19,179 nt of DNA from an uncultured Nitrososphaeraceae archaeon (GCA_963825865.1 CAWGVG010000050.1:1-19179), one strand, 5' to 3'; positions 9,243-19,179 are shown, counted from the first letter of the stretch. The notes: generated by a model not told the origin, from the sequence alone. Made by a program: numbers and translations.

Positions 9243-9526
9243 CGTACATTCAATGCTGCAAGTAGGTGTGGTGGTTTATTTATATAGCTATTGTTTAAAT
9301 TCGTATCTGTCGAGTGATTTAACAGAGGACTACCCACCTATCAACTATACTTGCACTCCGAAGTATAGCGCAAGGAGATTTTTAGTATTCTACCTGATGT
9401 AGATAAAGCAAATCTATTCTTATTCTTTTTGACAATATCAAAAGAAATTATTTAGAAATATTCATCCCGACAAAATTATTCTGACAACTGAATAAAACAA
9501 CAATAAATTATAACTTAATAGTTTTT

Positions 9527-9803
9527 TTATGATTTAATTATTTTACTGTCACTGGGAGAATGAAGGAGGGAAATGTATAGTCTATCGTAAAGTCTAGACA
9601 GTATTTTTTGCAAAAATATAAAAGTAATGATAGATGGCGCTATCAGAGCAATCCACATCGAATTCGAGGCATATTCTTTAAACATTTCGGAAGCAAAAAG
9701 TAACATTGTCAGGAAAATAGAAATACCCATGCTAAACAAGAAGAACGATGCTGGCTAATATCAATATCAGAACGTGCAACAACATCAATAATCGATTAGC
9801 CAT
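9527..9803 (-). CDS. Small membrane protein (one indel near 9735)
   Basis: ATG at 9803 gives MANRLLMLLHVLILILASIVL, which joins by a one-base shift to LFSMGISIFLTMLLF...WIALIAPSIITFIFL. Two to three hydrophobic segments. Confidence 0.55.
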
Positions 9804-9822
9804 TTACAGAATAGTGTAATCA

Positions 9823-9836
9823 TATTAACGTTAATA
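9823..9836. promoter_or_regulatory. Perfect 14-bp palindrome TATTAACGTTAATA in the short divergent intergenic region before valS
   Basis: Seen directly; AT-rich and TATA-like on both strands, between ATG 9803 (-) and ATG 9844/9868 (+). Confidence 0.4.
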
Positions 9837-9843
9837 ACCGTAT

Positions 9844-12228
9844 ATGCGTGCAATTAACGAAGAACAAATGGAACCTAAATTTGCAGACAAATCATGGAAT
9901 CCTGCTGTTGAGCAGACCATTTGGAAAAAATGGGAAGATAACAGTATTTACCAATTTTCAATAATAGAACAGAAACATGCTTTTGTAATTGATAGTCCTC
10001 CCCCATATCCATCAGGAAGACCTTGGCATATTGGAGCCGCAGCTCACTACGCCCAAATAGATATGATCGCCAGGCTTGCCAGAATGATGGAGTACAATGT
10101 CATTTTTCCAATAGGCATCGATAGAAATGGTTTGCCAGTGGAGATTTATACAGAAAAGAGACATAAAATTAGAATGAGACTGATGGATAGGGAAAAATTC
10201 CTTGACCTCTGCAGAGTTGCTCTCGATGATCTGGAAACAGAAATGATCCAGATAATGAAAAGCATAGGTATAAGTGCCAACTTTAAAGAATATTATCGCA
10301 CTGATTCAGATGAATTTCGGTCGCTAACACAGAGTACATTTATCGATCTGTGGAATCGTGGCCTCGTATATCTTGCAAATAGACCAAACAATTATTGTCC
10401 AGATTGCGAAACTACAATAGCAGATGCAGAAATCATCTATGGTGACGTTCCTACACAGCTTGTTTATATTTATTTTAAGGTTAAGGGAACTGATGATAAT
10501 ATTGCTGTTGCTTCTACTAGGCCAGAATTGCTTTTTGCATGTCAGTCCATTATCGTTAATCCAAAAGACGAACGTTATGTGAAGATACAAGGAAAGTATG
10601 TCATATTGCCTATATTTAATAGAGAAGTTAAGGTCTTGTCACATCATTCTGTAAATCCTGAATTTGGTTCAGGTATCGTGATGGTATGCAGTTATGGTGA
10701 CAAGAATGATGTGCATATATTTAGAGAATTAGGATTAGAAGAGATTGTAGCGTTAAATAAGAACGGAATAACAACTGTGGCAGCAGGACCGTATGCTAAT
10801 CTTCGTGTAAATCAAGCAAGGACGAGAATCATTGAAGATTTGAAAAATGCTGGTCTTGTTGAAAAAGAAGAAAGTATCATGCATAGAACACCGTTATGTG
10901 AACGGAGCAAAACACCAATTGAAATAATACCATTACAAGATTATTATATAAAACAACTTAATTATATTCCATACCTAAAAGAAATTGCAATGAAAATTAA
11001 ATTCCATCCTGAAATGCATAGACAAATTTTGCTTAACTGGCTCGATTCAGTAGCAATCGATTGGCCGATCTCAAGAAGACGATTTTATGGTACCGAAATT
11101 CCAATATGGTATTGTAATAACTGTCAAACTCCAAACCTTCCAAATCCTGGCAAATACTATCGTCCATGGAAAGAAAATCCTCCGTTTGAAAAATGCAAGA
11201 AATGTTTCAGTACCTGAATTTAGCGGTGAAGACAGAACGTTTGATACTTGGATGGATTCTAGCATCACCCCATTATTTATTACAAAATATAAAAAGGATC
11301 AAAGGTTTCACAATTCCACATATCCTACACAAATAAGACCTCAAGCAAAAGATATCGTAAGAACGTGGCTTTACTATACAATTCTGCGCTGCTTCCAGCT
11401 ACAGATAAGCAACCATGGTCTGATGCCTGGATTATGGGATATGGTATAGACGAGAAGGGTGAAAAGATGAGCAAAAGTAAAGGAAATGTGATTGACCCAT
11501 TTCCTATTATTCATCGATATGGAGCAGACACTTTCCGATTCTGGTCTGCAAGTGAAGTTAATTTGGGACAGGACTTTCGATGTTCTGAACAGAGAATTGC
11601 AAGTGCACAGAAATTCTTATCAAAATTATGGAATGTTGCTAGATTTATTTCTTCGTTTGATGTTATTTCAGACACACCTAGGCAACTTGCTATATCTGAT
11701 AGATGGATTATTGCGGAATTGTCAAACCTGATTGAAGAATGCAAGAAAGGCTTTCATGACTTTAATTTCTTCATTCCAGCAAATGCAATTAGAGAATTTA
11801 CGTCGAATCTATTTGCATCTCATTATATAGAAATGGTAAAAGGTCGTGTGTATGGTTCAACAGATGAATCTGGACAGAAATCCGCCATATCCACCCTGCA
11901 CAAATGTCTGTCAACAATTTTATTATTACTGGCACCCATATGTCCATTCATTACAGAAGAACTCTGGACAACAATTTACTCTAGCAAGAGCATCCATTTA
12001 CAGCACGTACCTCAATCACAAATGAACTATAATGAGCTTACAAAGCATACTAAACAGATTATGGATTTCAACTCGATTGTGTGGAACAAGAAAAAAGAGA
12101 CTATTTCAAAGGGAACTGGAAAAGCACTTTCTCTGAAAGACTCTATAGATATCGCTGTTCCTGCTGATTTGGAGCCATTTAAAGAAGATCTTCAGATTAT
12201 GCATAATTTGAAAAGTGAAAGTAGATGA
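9844..12228 (+). CDS. valS: Valyl-tRNA synthetase, archaeal type (two indels near 11200 and 11400; start may be 9868)
   Basis: DSPPPYPSGRPWHIG (HIGH-like), DWPISRRRFYGTEIPIW, TFDTWMDSS, RPQAKDIVRTW, KMSKSKGN, and an anticodon-binding domain. Confidence 0.95.
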
Positions 12229-12386
12229 ATGTACAATTTTTTATGAACATTCTTCATTCGATCTTTTTGAAGTGTAAAGAGTTTCGTGATCAAATTGTCG
12301 TTAATAAATCTGACAACATTAATGAGTTTTAGTCCTGAAACAACCTGAAACAAACAACAAAAAACATCACACTTGGTATAATATGA

Positions 12387-12776
12387 TCATTGAGTCAAGT
12401 TTGCTCTATTTAAGAGTTCCAGCGTATCCTCAGCAATATCTATTGCGGTGTGTGAATCAACATTCGGTTCCAAAGTAACTAAAAATATTTTTTTATTCAG
12501 GTAATACGTAATTATAGAAATCTTTTCACGCTCTACATATGCAAACCTTGCTTTACCCATACTGTAATCAAATCTTTGCCTCATTGATTTTCGAAGAGCC
12601 GTTTGAGCTAAATATAATTCCTCGTTGGTCTGATCTACAACTGAATCAATGCCGTTACGCATGCCTCCAGCAATTAGTAATCCTGTATCATCTATGACTC
12701 CTGCATAACGTATATCATCGTGTAAAGCAAAGATTGCTTCACATAGTTTTTCGTAATCCACAATATAAGTAAGCAA
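12387..12776 (-). CDS. Thaumarchaeal roadblock/profilin-like (DUF6659-type) protein; start possibly GTG at 12761
   Basis: DYEKLCEAIFALHDDIRYAGVIDDTGLLIAGGMR...MRQRFD...GKARFAYVEREK pattern. Confidence 0.7.
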   Translation of the reverse strand: MLTYIVDYEKLCEAIFALHDDIRYAGVIDDTGLLIAGGMRNGIDSVVDQTNEELYLAQTALRKSMRQRFDYSMGKARFAYVEREKISIITYYLNKKIFLVTLEPNVDSHTAIDIAEDTLELLNRANLTQ

Positions 12777-12880
12777 AATCTATCTATTGAATGTTGAGTC
12801 AATGTTTGCTTATTATAGATTATAACTTGTCAATTCTTTTTTCATCCAACATATTAAAGTTAGAAATTGACTCTAAGGTA

Positions 12881-12896
12881 TGTGGGAGAGGGAGAG
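12881..12896. repeat. Left target-site duplication TGTGGGAGAGGGAGAG
   Basis: Identical to 13991-14006. Confidence 0.85.
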
Positions 12897-13990
12897 TGGT
12901 AGGCTAAGTAACATGTGTCACCCCTTCTGCACAATAAGCAAAGTGAGAATAAATGATTATTGTACAAGGAGAGGTGTACCTAGAAGAATGGCATATAGCC
13001 ATATTAAAGAATGAACCAGAGTCTGTTAGAAAGCGATATCATGCAATAGCTAGAACTCTGGTCAGTGACATTGTCAGAATAACTAGACAAGAACTGCTGA
13101 CATGATTGATAGAAGTAGACGTCAACTGCAGAGAATAGTAAAAAGATTCAGAGAAGAAGGCATAAAAGGTCTGAGATTTAAATCCAAAAAGCCATACAAT
13201 ATCTTAAACAAAACACCCATAGAGATCGAGAAAAGGATAATCAAAGTAAGAAAAGCTACGGGTTTTGGTTCTGAACAGCTAGCAAACATAGTTAATGAGA
13301 GTTTGAATGTAGAACACAAATATAATCGGCATATCAGCAAGACCACAGCTTACAACATTCTCGTCAGATACGAATTGGTTGATGCAGAGAAAAAGATGGT
13401 AAAAGAATACGAATCATTTGAGCGAGATAAGCCTGATGAATTAATACAGGCTGACCTCACAAGATTTAATGGATTACCAATATTAACAATGGAAGACGAC
13501 CATTCCAGAAAGTTCTGGGCTGCAAGACTGGACAATGAAAGAGATGATACCGTGATAGCGACTATGACGAAACTACATGGCCAGAAATACGATTATCTTT
13601 TGACTGACAATGGTAGTCAATTCAGTAGAAGAAATTCTGTTATGAAAAGATATTGCAAACAGTATCTGAGTGAGAAACATATCTGGACATCGGTACATCA
13701 CCCTCAAACAATGGGTAAACTATCAAACGCTCAGAAAGGATTGAAAAGATTCCTTATCTACAGACTTGGATGGAGCAAAGATTCACAGTCGGTAGATGAA
13801 AGTATATCAATTTATATTGACTGGTACAACAATGGTAAGAAAATATCAACTACTGGTTACTATCCAGAAGAAAGATACTCAGAAAAGAGATACTGAATGT
13901 TATACAAGACTAGTAAAAGCACTTAAGCTTGATAACATATTACCAATACCAGTTGCAGTAGTGGGATGACATGTGTTCCTTGGTTTTACA
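12897..13990 (+). mobile_element. IS481-family insertion sequence (~1.09 kb)
   Basis: Imperfect terminal inverted repeats: left TGGTAGGCTAAGTAACATGTGTCACCCC vs reverse complement of right TGTAAAACCAAGGAACACATGTCATCCC (19/28). Right end is ...ACA. Flanked by an exact 16-bp direct repeat. Confidence 0.85.
12953..13969 (+). CDS. IS481-family (rve/integrase-core) transposase, with indels near 13095 and 13890
   Basis: N-terminal piece from ATG 12953 (MIIVQGEVYLEEWH...TRQE) joins AADMIDRSRRQLQRIVKRF (HTH). Core FERDKPDELIQAD, LTDNGSQF, HPQTMGK, WYN. A shifted frame continues to TGA 13967-13969. Confidence 0.85.
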
Positions 13991-14006
13991 TGTGGGAGAG
14001 GGAGAG
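13991..14006. repeat. Right target-site duplication TGTGGGAGAGGGAGAG
   Basis: Identical to 12881-12896. Confidence 0.85.
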
Positions 14007-14122
14007 GCAGGGAGAAATGAAAAAATACAGGAAGACAGTCTCGAGGTAGGATAGAGTATATCCTGTTCTATAATAAGAGATAAGGCAGAGGTCTTTAATT
14101 ATATTTAACAATATTTAGCATG

Positions 14123-15019
14123 TCAAAATTTAACTATATTACGGTACATTTGATATCTTTCCTGAACATCTTCGTTATTAATCGCAAGCAATTTTCTTAC
14201 TCCGAAATCTTCTACAGCAAATGCACCCATAACATTCCCATAAATCATCGCCTCTTTCATCATATTGGCATTTGTGCCATTTTGCTTAGCGATATATCCT
14301 ATGAACCCTCCAGCAAAAGAATCTCCTGCACCCGTAGGATCCATAATTTCTTCCAAAGGGTACGCTGGAGCAGGAAAAATCGTATCACTAGTGAGGAGCG
14401 CGCACCATGCTCGCCTTTCTTGATTATTGCAAACTGTGGTCCCCAAGACATTATCATTTTTGCACATTTGATTAAGTTGTTAGTCTTGCATAAAAGCCGA
14501 GCCTCTTCATCATTAATCACCACTCCATTAACCTTGCTCATCATTTTTATAATATCCTCGCGTTTGTTCAGAAATCCAATATTCTATAGTATCACATACT
14601 ATGAGTTTTGGATTTGAAAAGTATTCGAGTATCTTCAGGTTTTGGATTGGGTCATTGTTTGCAAGGTACACATATTCAGAATTGACATATTCGTCAGGGA
14701 TGATAGGTTCGAAATTTGCTATTACATTTAACTCAGTTTTATTAGAAATTCTATGGGAAAGGTCATATTCAAACGAAGAATCATAATGGAATGTTTTATC
14801 CCCTTGTTTGGTAATAATGCCTCTGGTGTCAAGTCGGCTGTCAAGGATCTTTCGATATTCAGATGGAAAATCTGAACCTACAACCCCGACTATAGAAGTA
14901 TCTGTAAATAGGCTAGAGGAAAGTGAAGCATACGTGGCTGCCCCTCCCATAATCTTTGTTTCGGTCTTAAAAGGAGTTCGAGTTGTATCTAGTGCAATAG
15001 TTCCAAAGACTGTTAACAT
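14123..15019 (-). CDS. PfkB/ribokinase-family carbohydrate or nucleoside kinase (two indels)
   Basis: GTIALD...GGAATY, VGVVGSDF, INDEEA, IIKKGEHGA and DPTGAGDSFAGG across three overlapping frames. Confidence 0.9.
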
Positions 15020-15115
15020 AGTTGAATTAATTTTCTCTATGAATAATAAATGCTTGCCAAACCTATTTTATCAGCATGATTAAATAACTACTAAGAGAAG
15101 ACTGCTATTGAATTA

Positions 15116-15679
15116 ATGCAATTAATAGTGGCAATAACTGGAGGTTCAGGTGTCGTATATGGGATTAAAACACTTGAGATCCTTAGGGATCTAAAAATGG
15201 AAACCCACCTCATTATCAGTGAATGGGGCGAGAAGAACATTAAGATTGAAACTGACAAGTCCATTGATTATGTCAAATCCCTTGCCACAAAATTCTACGA
15301 CAAGGATAACATGGCTGCTGCAATTTCAAGTGGTTCTTTTAAGACAGACGGTATGATAGTCGTTCCATGTAGCATGAAAACATTATCAAGTATTGCAAAT
15401 GGCTATGATGAGAATCTAATTTCAAGGGCAGCAGGAGTATCCATTAAAGAATCTCGAAAAATAGTTATTGTTCCAAGAGAAACTCCTCTTTCAAAGATTC
15501 ATCTTCAAAATATGATAAAGCTGGTTGAAATAGGGGTTATTGTATTGCCAGCTATGCCTGGTTTTTATCACAAACCAAAAACTATAGATGATTTAATAAT
15601 TCATATTGTAGGAAAGATTTTGGATCAATTTGGGATTGAACACCATATTTTCAAAAGATGGGGAGGAGGAAATTATTGA
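15116..15679 (+). CDS. ubiX: Flavin prenyltransferase UbiX
   Basis: AITGGSG, ISSGSF, PCSMKTL, VPRETPL, PAMPGFYHKP. Confidence 0.95.
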   Translation: MQLIVAITGGSGVVYGIKTLEILRDLKMETHLIISEWGEKNIKIETDKSIDYVKSLATKFYDKDNMAAAISSGSFKTDGMIVVPCSMKTLSSIANGYDENLISRAAGVSIKESRKIVIVPRETPLSKIHLQNMIKLVEIGVIVLPAMPGFYHKPKTIDDLIIHIVGKILDQFGIEHHIFKRWGGGNY

Positions 15680-15720
15680 TTATACCGAGTATTAGTGCTA
15701 TTTTTGAAGCAAGTCATTTG

Positions 15721-15890
15721 GAACATCGACTATTATACAAATGGGGTTTCAGTCCTAAAGTACCCAGAATGAGATTTGTTAATGCTGCATCAAAGGAAGA
15801 AAAAGGCAAATTTCGAAAAAAGCTAAAAGGATAATCTCGCATATACCTAAAGGATTCACTGTCGCTGTTGCTGCTGATTAATCCATCTTT
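15721..15890 (+). pseudogene. IS630-family transposase remnant spanning the ORF-A/ORF-B junction
   Basis: HRLLYKWGFSPKVPRMRFVNAASKEEKGKFRKK (IS630 winged-helix region), slippery A AAA AAG at 15816-15822, then -1 frame KAKRIISHIPKGFTVAVAAD*SIF (first DDE Asp motif DESxF, with the Glu codon now TAA). Confidence 0.7.
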
Positions 15891-15999
15891 ACAATACTCA
15901 TTGAGAAGCCCCCATTGCAAGTTAACCATATGTGAACAAGATATAATCAACCGAATCAGATGGTAACGTATAATATTTTGCAATCTCGAAACAAAAGAA

Positions 16000-16305
16000 T
16001 TATGTCATTTGAGTGAAAATATTGTAATGCAAACCTGACGTAGCATCTTTAGCCAAAATAATTCTAAAGTCTCTTTCGCTTGCCTCATATATGGTTGTTC
16101 TCGGGCAGTTAGGAAAGTTACAACCGTATACTACGACCGTCTAACATTCAGCTCATGTAAATGCTTTTCCAATAACGTATTGTAAAATGCTCCCCACCTG
16201 GACTTGTACATTATCCATTCCATATGACCGATCTGTTGAAGGTGACCAGAAAGCAGCAGGTCTGAATCCAATCTATTGACAGAAGAGGGCTTGAGCTCTC
16301 GTGGA
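16000..16305 (-). pseudogene. C-terminal fragment of an isochorismatase/cysteine hydrolase family gene
   Basis: Hand translation EWIMYKSRWGAFYNTLLEKHLHELNV / (frameshift near 16140) VVVYGCNFPNCPRTTIYEASERDFRIILAKDATSGL. The N-terminal half is absent. Confidence 0.8.
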
Positions 16306-16329
16306 TGGCCTAGTCAGCTGGTGATTCTG

Positions 16330-16578
16330 TCATTTTTGCCAGTAACCCTGTTGAGGTTGGGTCTGCATTTGCTCTGCAATTTGCTTTTACTGTTGCTCCA
16401 ATTGTAGAAACTGGTTACACAGAACGTTAAGCGCTACCTTGGTTAAAGCTGCAGGCTTGGGCGATTTTATCTGGCCCTGGGCAAATAATTTTTTAGCTAT
16501 ATCCTCTATAACGGGGTAATCCTCATTCCTTACCCGCATAGATATGATGACTCCATGTCGTTGTTTTTCTTTAGACAA
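16330..16578 (-). CDS. Small ribbon-helix-helix-like DNA-binding protein (63 aa to TAA at 16387; the frame continues Gln-rich to 16330)
   Basis: Alternating beta-strand VIISMRV, then helix NEDYPVIEDIAKKL and a second helix PAALTKVALNVL. After the TAA the frame reads KQIAEQMQTQPQQGYWQK*. Confidence 0.5.
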
Positions 16579-16630
16579 TATAATACTTATACAGATATTT
16601 TATATATAAAAATCTATCGAAAAATGTTTC

Positions 16631-16800
16631 TGGAAAAAACTGCAAAAGGCCTTGGAATGAAGTGCATTCCAATGGAAAAGCCCTTGGAAAACTTTTGTCT
16701 GGAAAAATTAATGACATTTACCTCATGTACCTTGTCACTTATTCCAAAGCGTTTTCCACGTCTTTTTCCACACTTTTCCAATGGAAAAAATACTTTTCCA
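16631..16800. repeat. Array of TGGAAAA/TTTTCCA heptamers in two opposed blocks
   Basis: TGGAAAA at 16631, 16673, 16685, 16700, 16782 (variants at 16641, 16653). TTTTCCA at 16752, 16764, 16774, 16794 (variant at 16742). Palindromes TTCCAATGGAA 16667-16677 and TTTTCCAATGGAAAA 16774-16788. Confidence 0.85.
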
Positions 16801-16817
16801 CGAGTTTGTATTACAAA

Positions 16818-16896
16818 TGTAAACAATTGTAAACAACGGGAGTAAATTGTAAACAATTGTATACAGCTGTAAACAGAATCAGTCTACATGTTTACA
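16818..16896. repeat. 10-bp-phased TGTAAACA repeats
   Basis: TGTAAACA at 16818, 16828, 16848, 16868; TGTATACA at 16858; inverted TGTTTACA at 16889. Confidence 0.9.
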
Positions 16897-17627
16897 ATAG
16901 CAAAAGCAGAAAAAAAAGAAAGTGCTTTTGCCATTATTCTTTCAAGCAAATGCTATTGTAGATGGCATATTTGTTGTATGCTGTTCCTTTCCGCTCGACA
17001 TCCTTCAAGCACCGCTCCCAATTTTTAAAACTCCATTTCTTTCGGCATTTTTTCGGGAATCCCCTTAAATCTTTTCTTTTCTTGGAATTGTTTGAGCTGG
17101 AGATATTTATGATTCACAAGAATAAAAAATAATAATAAAATAAATAACAATCTACTATCTAGACAATTTAATTTATAGGAAATTCTAATCTACTAAAAAA
17201 GGAAAAGCGACGTCTTTAGGCTCGGCTATTATATAAGACATAATTTGGGTTTACCGCCTAGAATAGAGATTTATTACAATAGTATCTAAACGTCGTTTAT
17301 AAAGTAAAATTTTCATACCAAATATGAACTATCGATATCACATTCCAAGAAGATCGTTGATATCATATTATCATTCTCCTTCAGAAGATGCAGCATCCAT
17401 AGTCTTTACGATTCCCTGAAGGTGTTTCTCCATCATCTTCCCCTTTTTTGTAGATACTGGCTAGAATATACTACTTCTTTGAACTGCATAAGCATCCGTA
17501 AGCATCATTCTATTTTTACAATATAATATACCAAAAAAAACCACTTAATTCTTTCTATCCTACAATAATACTTATTATCAAAACAACTTGCCAGTCCTTT
17601 TTTTACACATAATGACGGTTATTTTAC

Positions 17628-19027
17628 TTATTGTTGCTCCTTCTTTTTAAAAGCTCTTTTCCTTTTAGCACTTGTTCCAGTTTCCCTTGTGTCAGCAGAA
17701 ACAATTTCGATAAGTTTCGCTTTTCTATTTGAGTCTCGTTTGGGTCTTAGCAGCCTGCCAAGCCTTTGAATAAACTCCCTACTACTTCCGGTTCCACTTA
17801 GAATTATACCTAATTCCGCATCTGGAACGTCCACTCCCTCGTCTAAGACTTTAGAAGTAACTATTGGGCATATCTTCCGTCTCTAAATCCCTGTAAAGTA
17901 TCCTGTCTTTCTATCTTGCTTGATTTGTGAGTTATACAAGGGATTAGAAACCTGTCTGATATCTCATATACCAATTTGTTATGTTGGGTAAATATTATTA
18001 ATTTTATTCCTTTATTATCTGAAAAGGATTTGCTTTAGCTCTTCTAATTTGGATTTGCTATTTAGCGCTATGTCCATGGCTTTGTTTCTTGCAAGTATAG
18101 CCTGTCTTGCAATAGGGCTTCTCCCGGACATCATTATTAATTTATGAAAGGCGATAGGTAGGTTCATTCTTAATCCTAACTTCAGCAAAGAAGTCTGGTA
18201 GATACCAAAGCTCCTTTTTATATATTTCAAGTTCTTCTGGCCACATATTTACCTGTCTTCTTTCAATTTCATAAGAAGCAAGATGTTTTGCTTTGGCAAA
18301 ATCACTACTCTGAGCTTCAAATACTACACCACCAACAAGCCTTGGAAATTCTTTATGCATGTTATCCTCTCTTTCGATTGTGGCTGTTAATCCTAGTCTG
18401 AATGGAGATGCTAACTGTTCTGCTATCGATCTATAGCCTGGTGCTCCTAAATGATGTACTTTGTCAAATATTATAAAAGCAAATTTGTTACCTATGTTTG
18501 CTGCTCGTATGTATGCGGAGTCATACGTAGATACAGTAATTGCTTGAATGTCATCTGTTCCTCCACCCAAATTTCCAATTTTTATATTTGTAAAATATTT
18601 TGATAGAACTGAATTCCATTGATCCATAAGATCAATAGTTGGGACCATGACTAGTGATGCAGAGTTTACTATTTCTATTGCCTTGACTCCTATGACTGTC
18701 TTACCTGAACCTGTGGGTAATACTATACAGCCTTTCTTACCTGCTTTAACCCAGCTGTCAAGTGCTTTTTGTTGGTAATCTCTTAGAGAGAGACTGCTAT
18801 GGTTGTTATCTATTAAAATATTTGGACAAGGCACAAGATTCTCAAACATGATTATCGTCATATTCTATTTCGCTCTGTTTTAAATACTCTATAATATTTT
18901 GATAATACAATGCCTGTGCTCTTAGATGATTCTGCTCTGTGGATTTAACTGTAGCAAAAGGTATGTGAGCAATACCGCCTGTTATTAGTATTGTACCATT
19001 ATCATACCTTAAAACTGCTTTGAGCAT
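17628..19027 (-). CDS. XPB/Rad25-like SF2 DNA helicase (about four indels)
   Basis: N-terminal [10 protein letters not shown]...[39 protein letters not shown] (hand-translated gap), [20 protein letters not shown]. Confidence 0.9.
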
Positions 19028-19179
19028 TCTTTTCTTTACAATACTATATACAGAGAACAGATTAAAAGCCTTGAGCTTTGGTTGTTGCTCAAATATTAAT
19101 TAAATTAAATTTACAAATAGTGGGCATTACCCGGCCTTTTTGCTAATACATGTATGAATTACAATTGGTTTTAGATGTG

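Noticed and set aside
10324-11744. Short alternative-frame and antisense ORFs within valS (similar ones overlap the topoisomerase-like, transposase and pfkB genes)
   Set aside because: Shadows of well-supported genes.
13994-14012. GGGAGAGGGAGAGGCAGGG as a G-quadruplex
   Set aside because: Only three GGG runs plus one GG; better explained as the IS target site.
15714-15983. 89-aa minus-strand ORF
   Set aside because: Antisense to the IS630 remnant, with no motif.
16555-16856. ORFs 16555-16845(+) and 16614-16856(-)
   Set aside because: Open frames arise from the stop-poor repeat array; the repeats occur in both orientations with 10-nt, non-triplet spacing.
1-19179. tRNA, rRNA, integrase, or programmed recoding in core genes
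   Set aside because: No RNA gene or tyrosine/serine recombinase recognised. Core-gene frameshifts lack consistent slippery signals and fit indel error.

Overview
AT-rich archaeal DNA, most consistent with a soil ammonia-oxidising thaumarchaeote (Nitrososphaeraceae), inferred from gene families and protein style. The window has three parts. (1) About 1-7500 is an accessory region. It holds a duplicated ~250-bp non-coding module, a small AbrB/SpoVT-type gene missed by the ORF track, an HTH gene, and a ~2.8-kb reading frame split by indels that reconstructs to a single-chain type IIB topoisomerase (GHKL-transducer-WHD-Toprim; Topo VIII-like). Decayed terminase-like and HTH remnants and small exported proteins follow. 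(2) About 7760-15680 is a core block: queD with an extra nuclease-like N-terminal domain, queC, valS, a roadblock/DUF6659-like gene, an IS481-family element with a 16-bp target duplication, a PfkB kinase and ubiX. (3) About 15700-17100 is a debris island: an IS630 remnant, an isochorismatase fragment, an RHH-like gene beside a two-part array of short, partly 10-bp-phased repeats, and a possible virus-like microprotein. An XPB/Rad25 helicase follows. Even the essential valS is broken by indels, so many frameshifts here are probably sequencing or assembly errors rather than true pseudogenisation.
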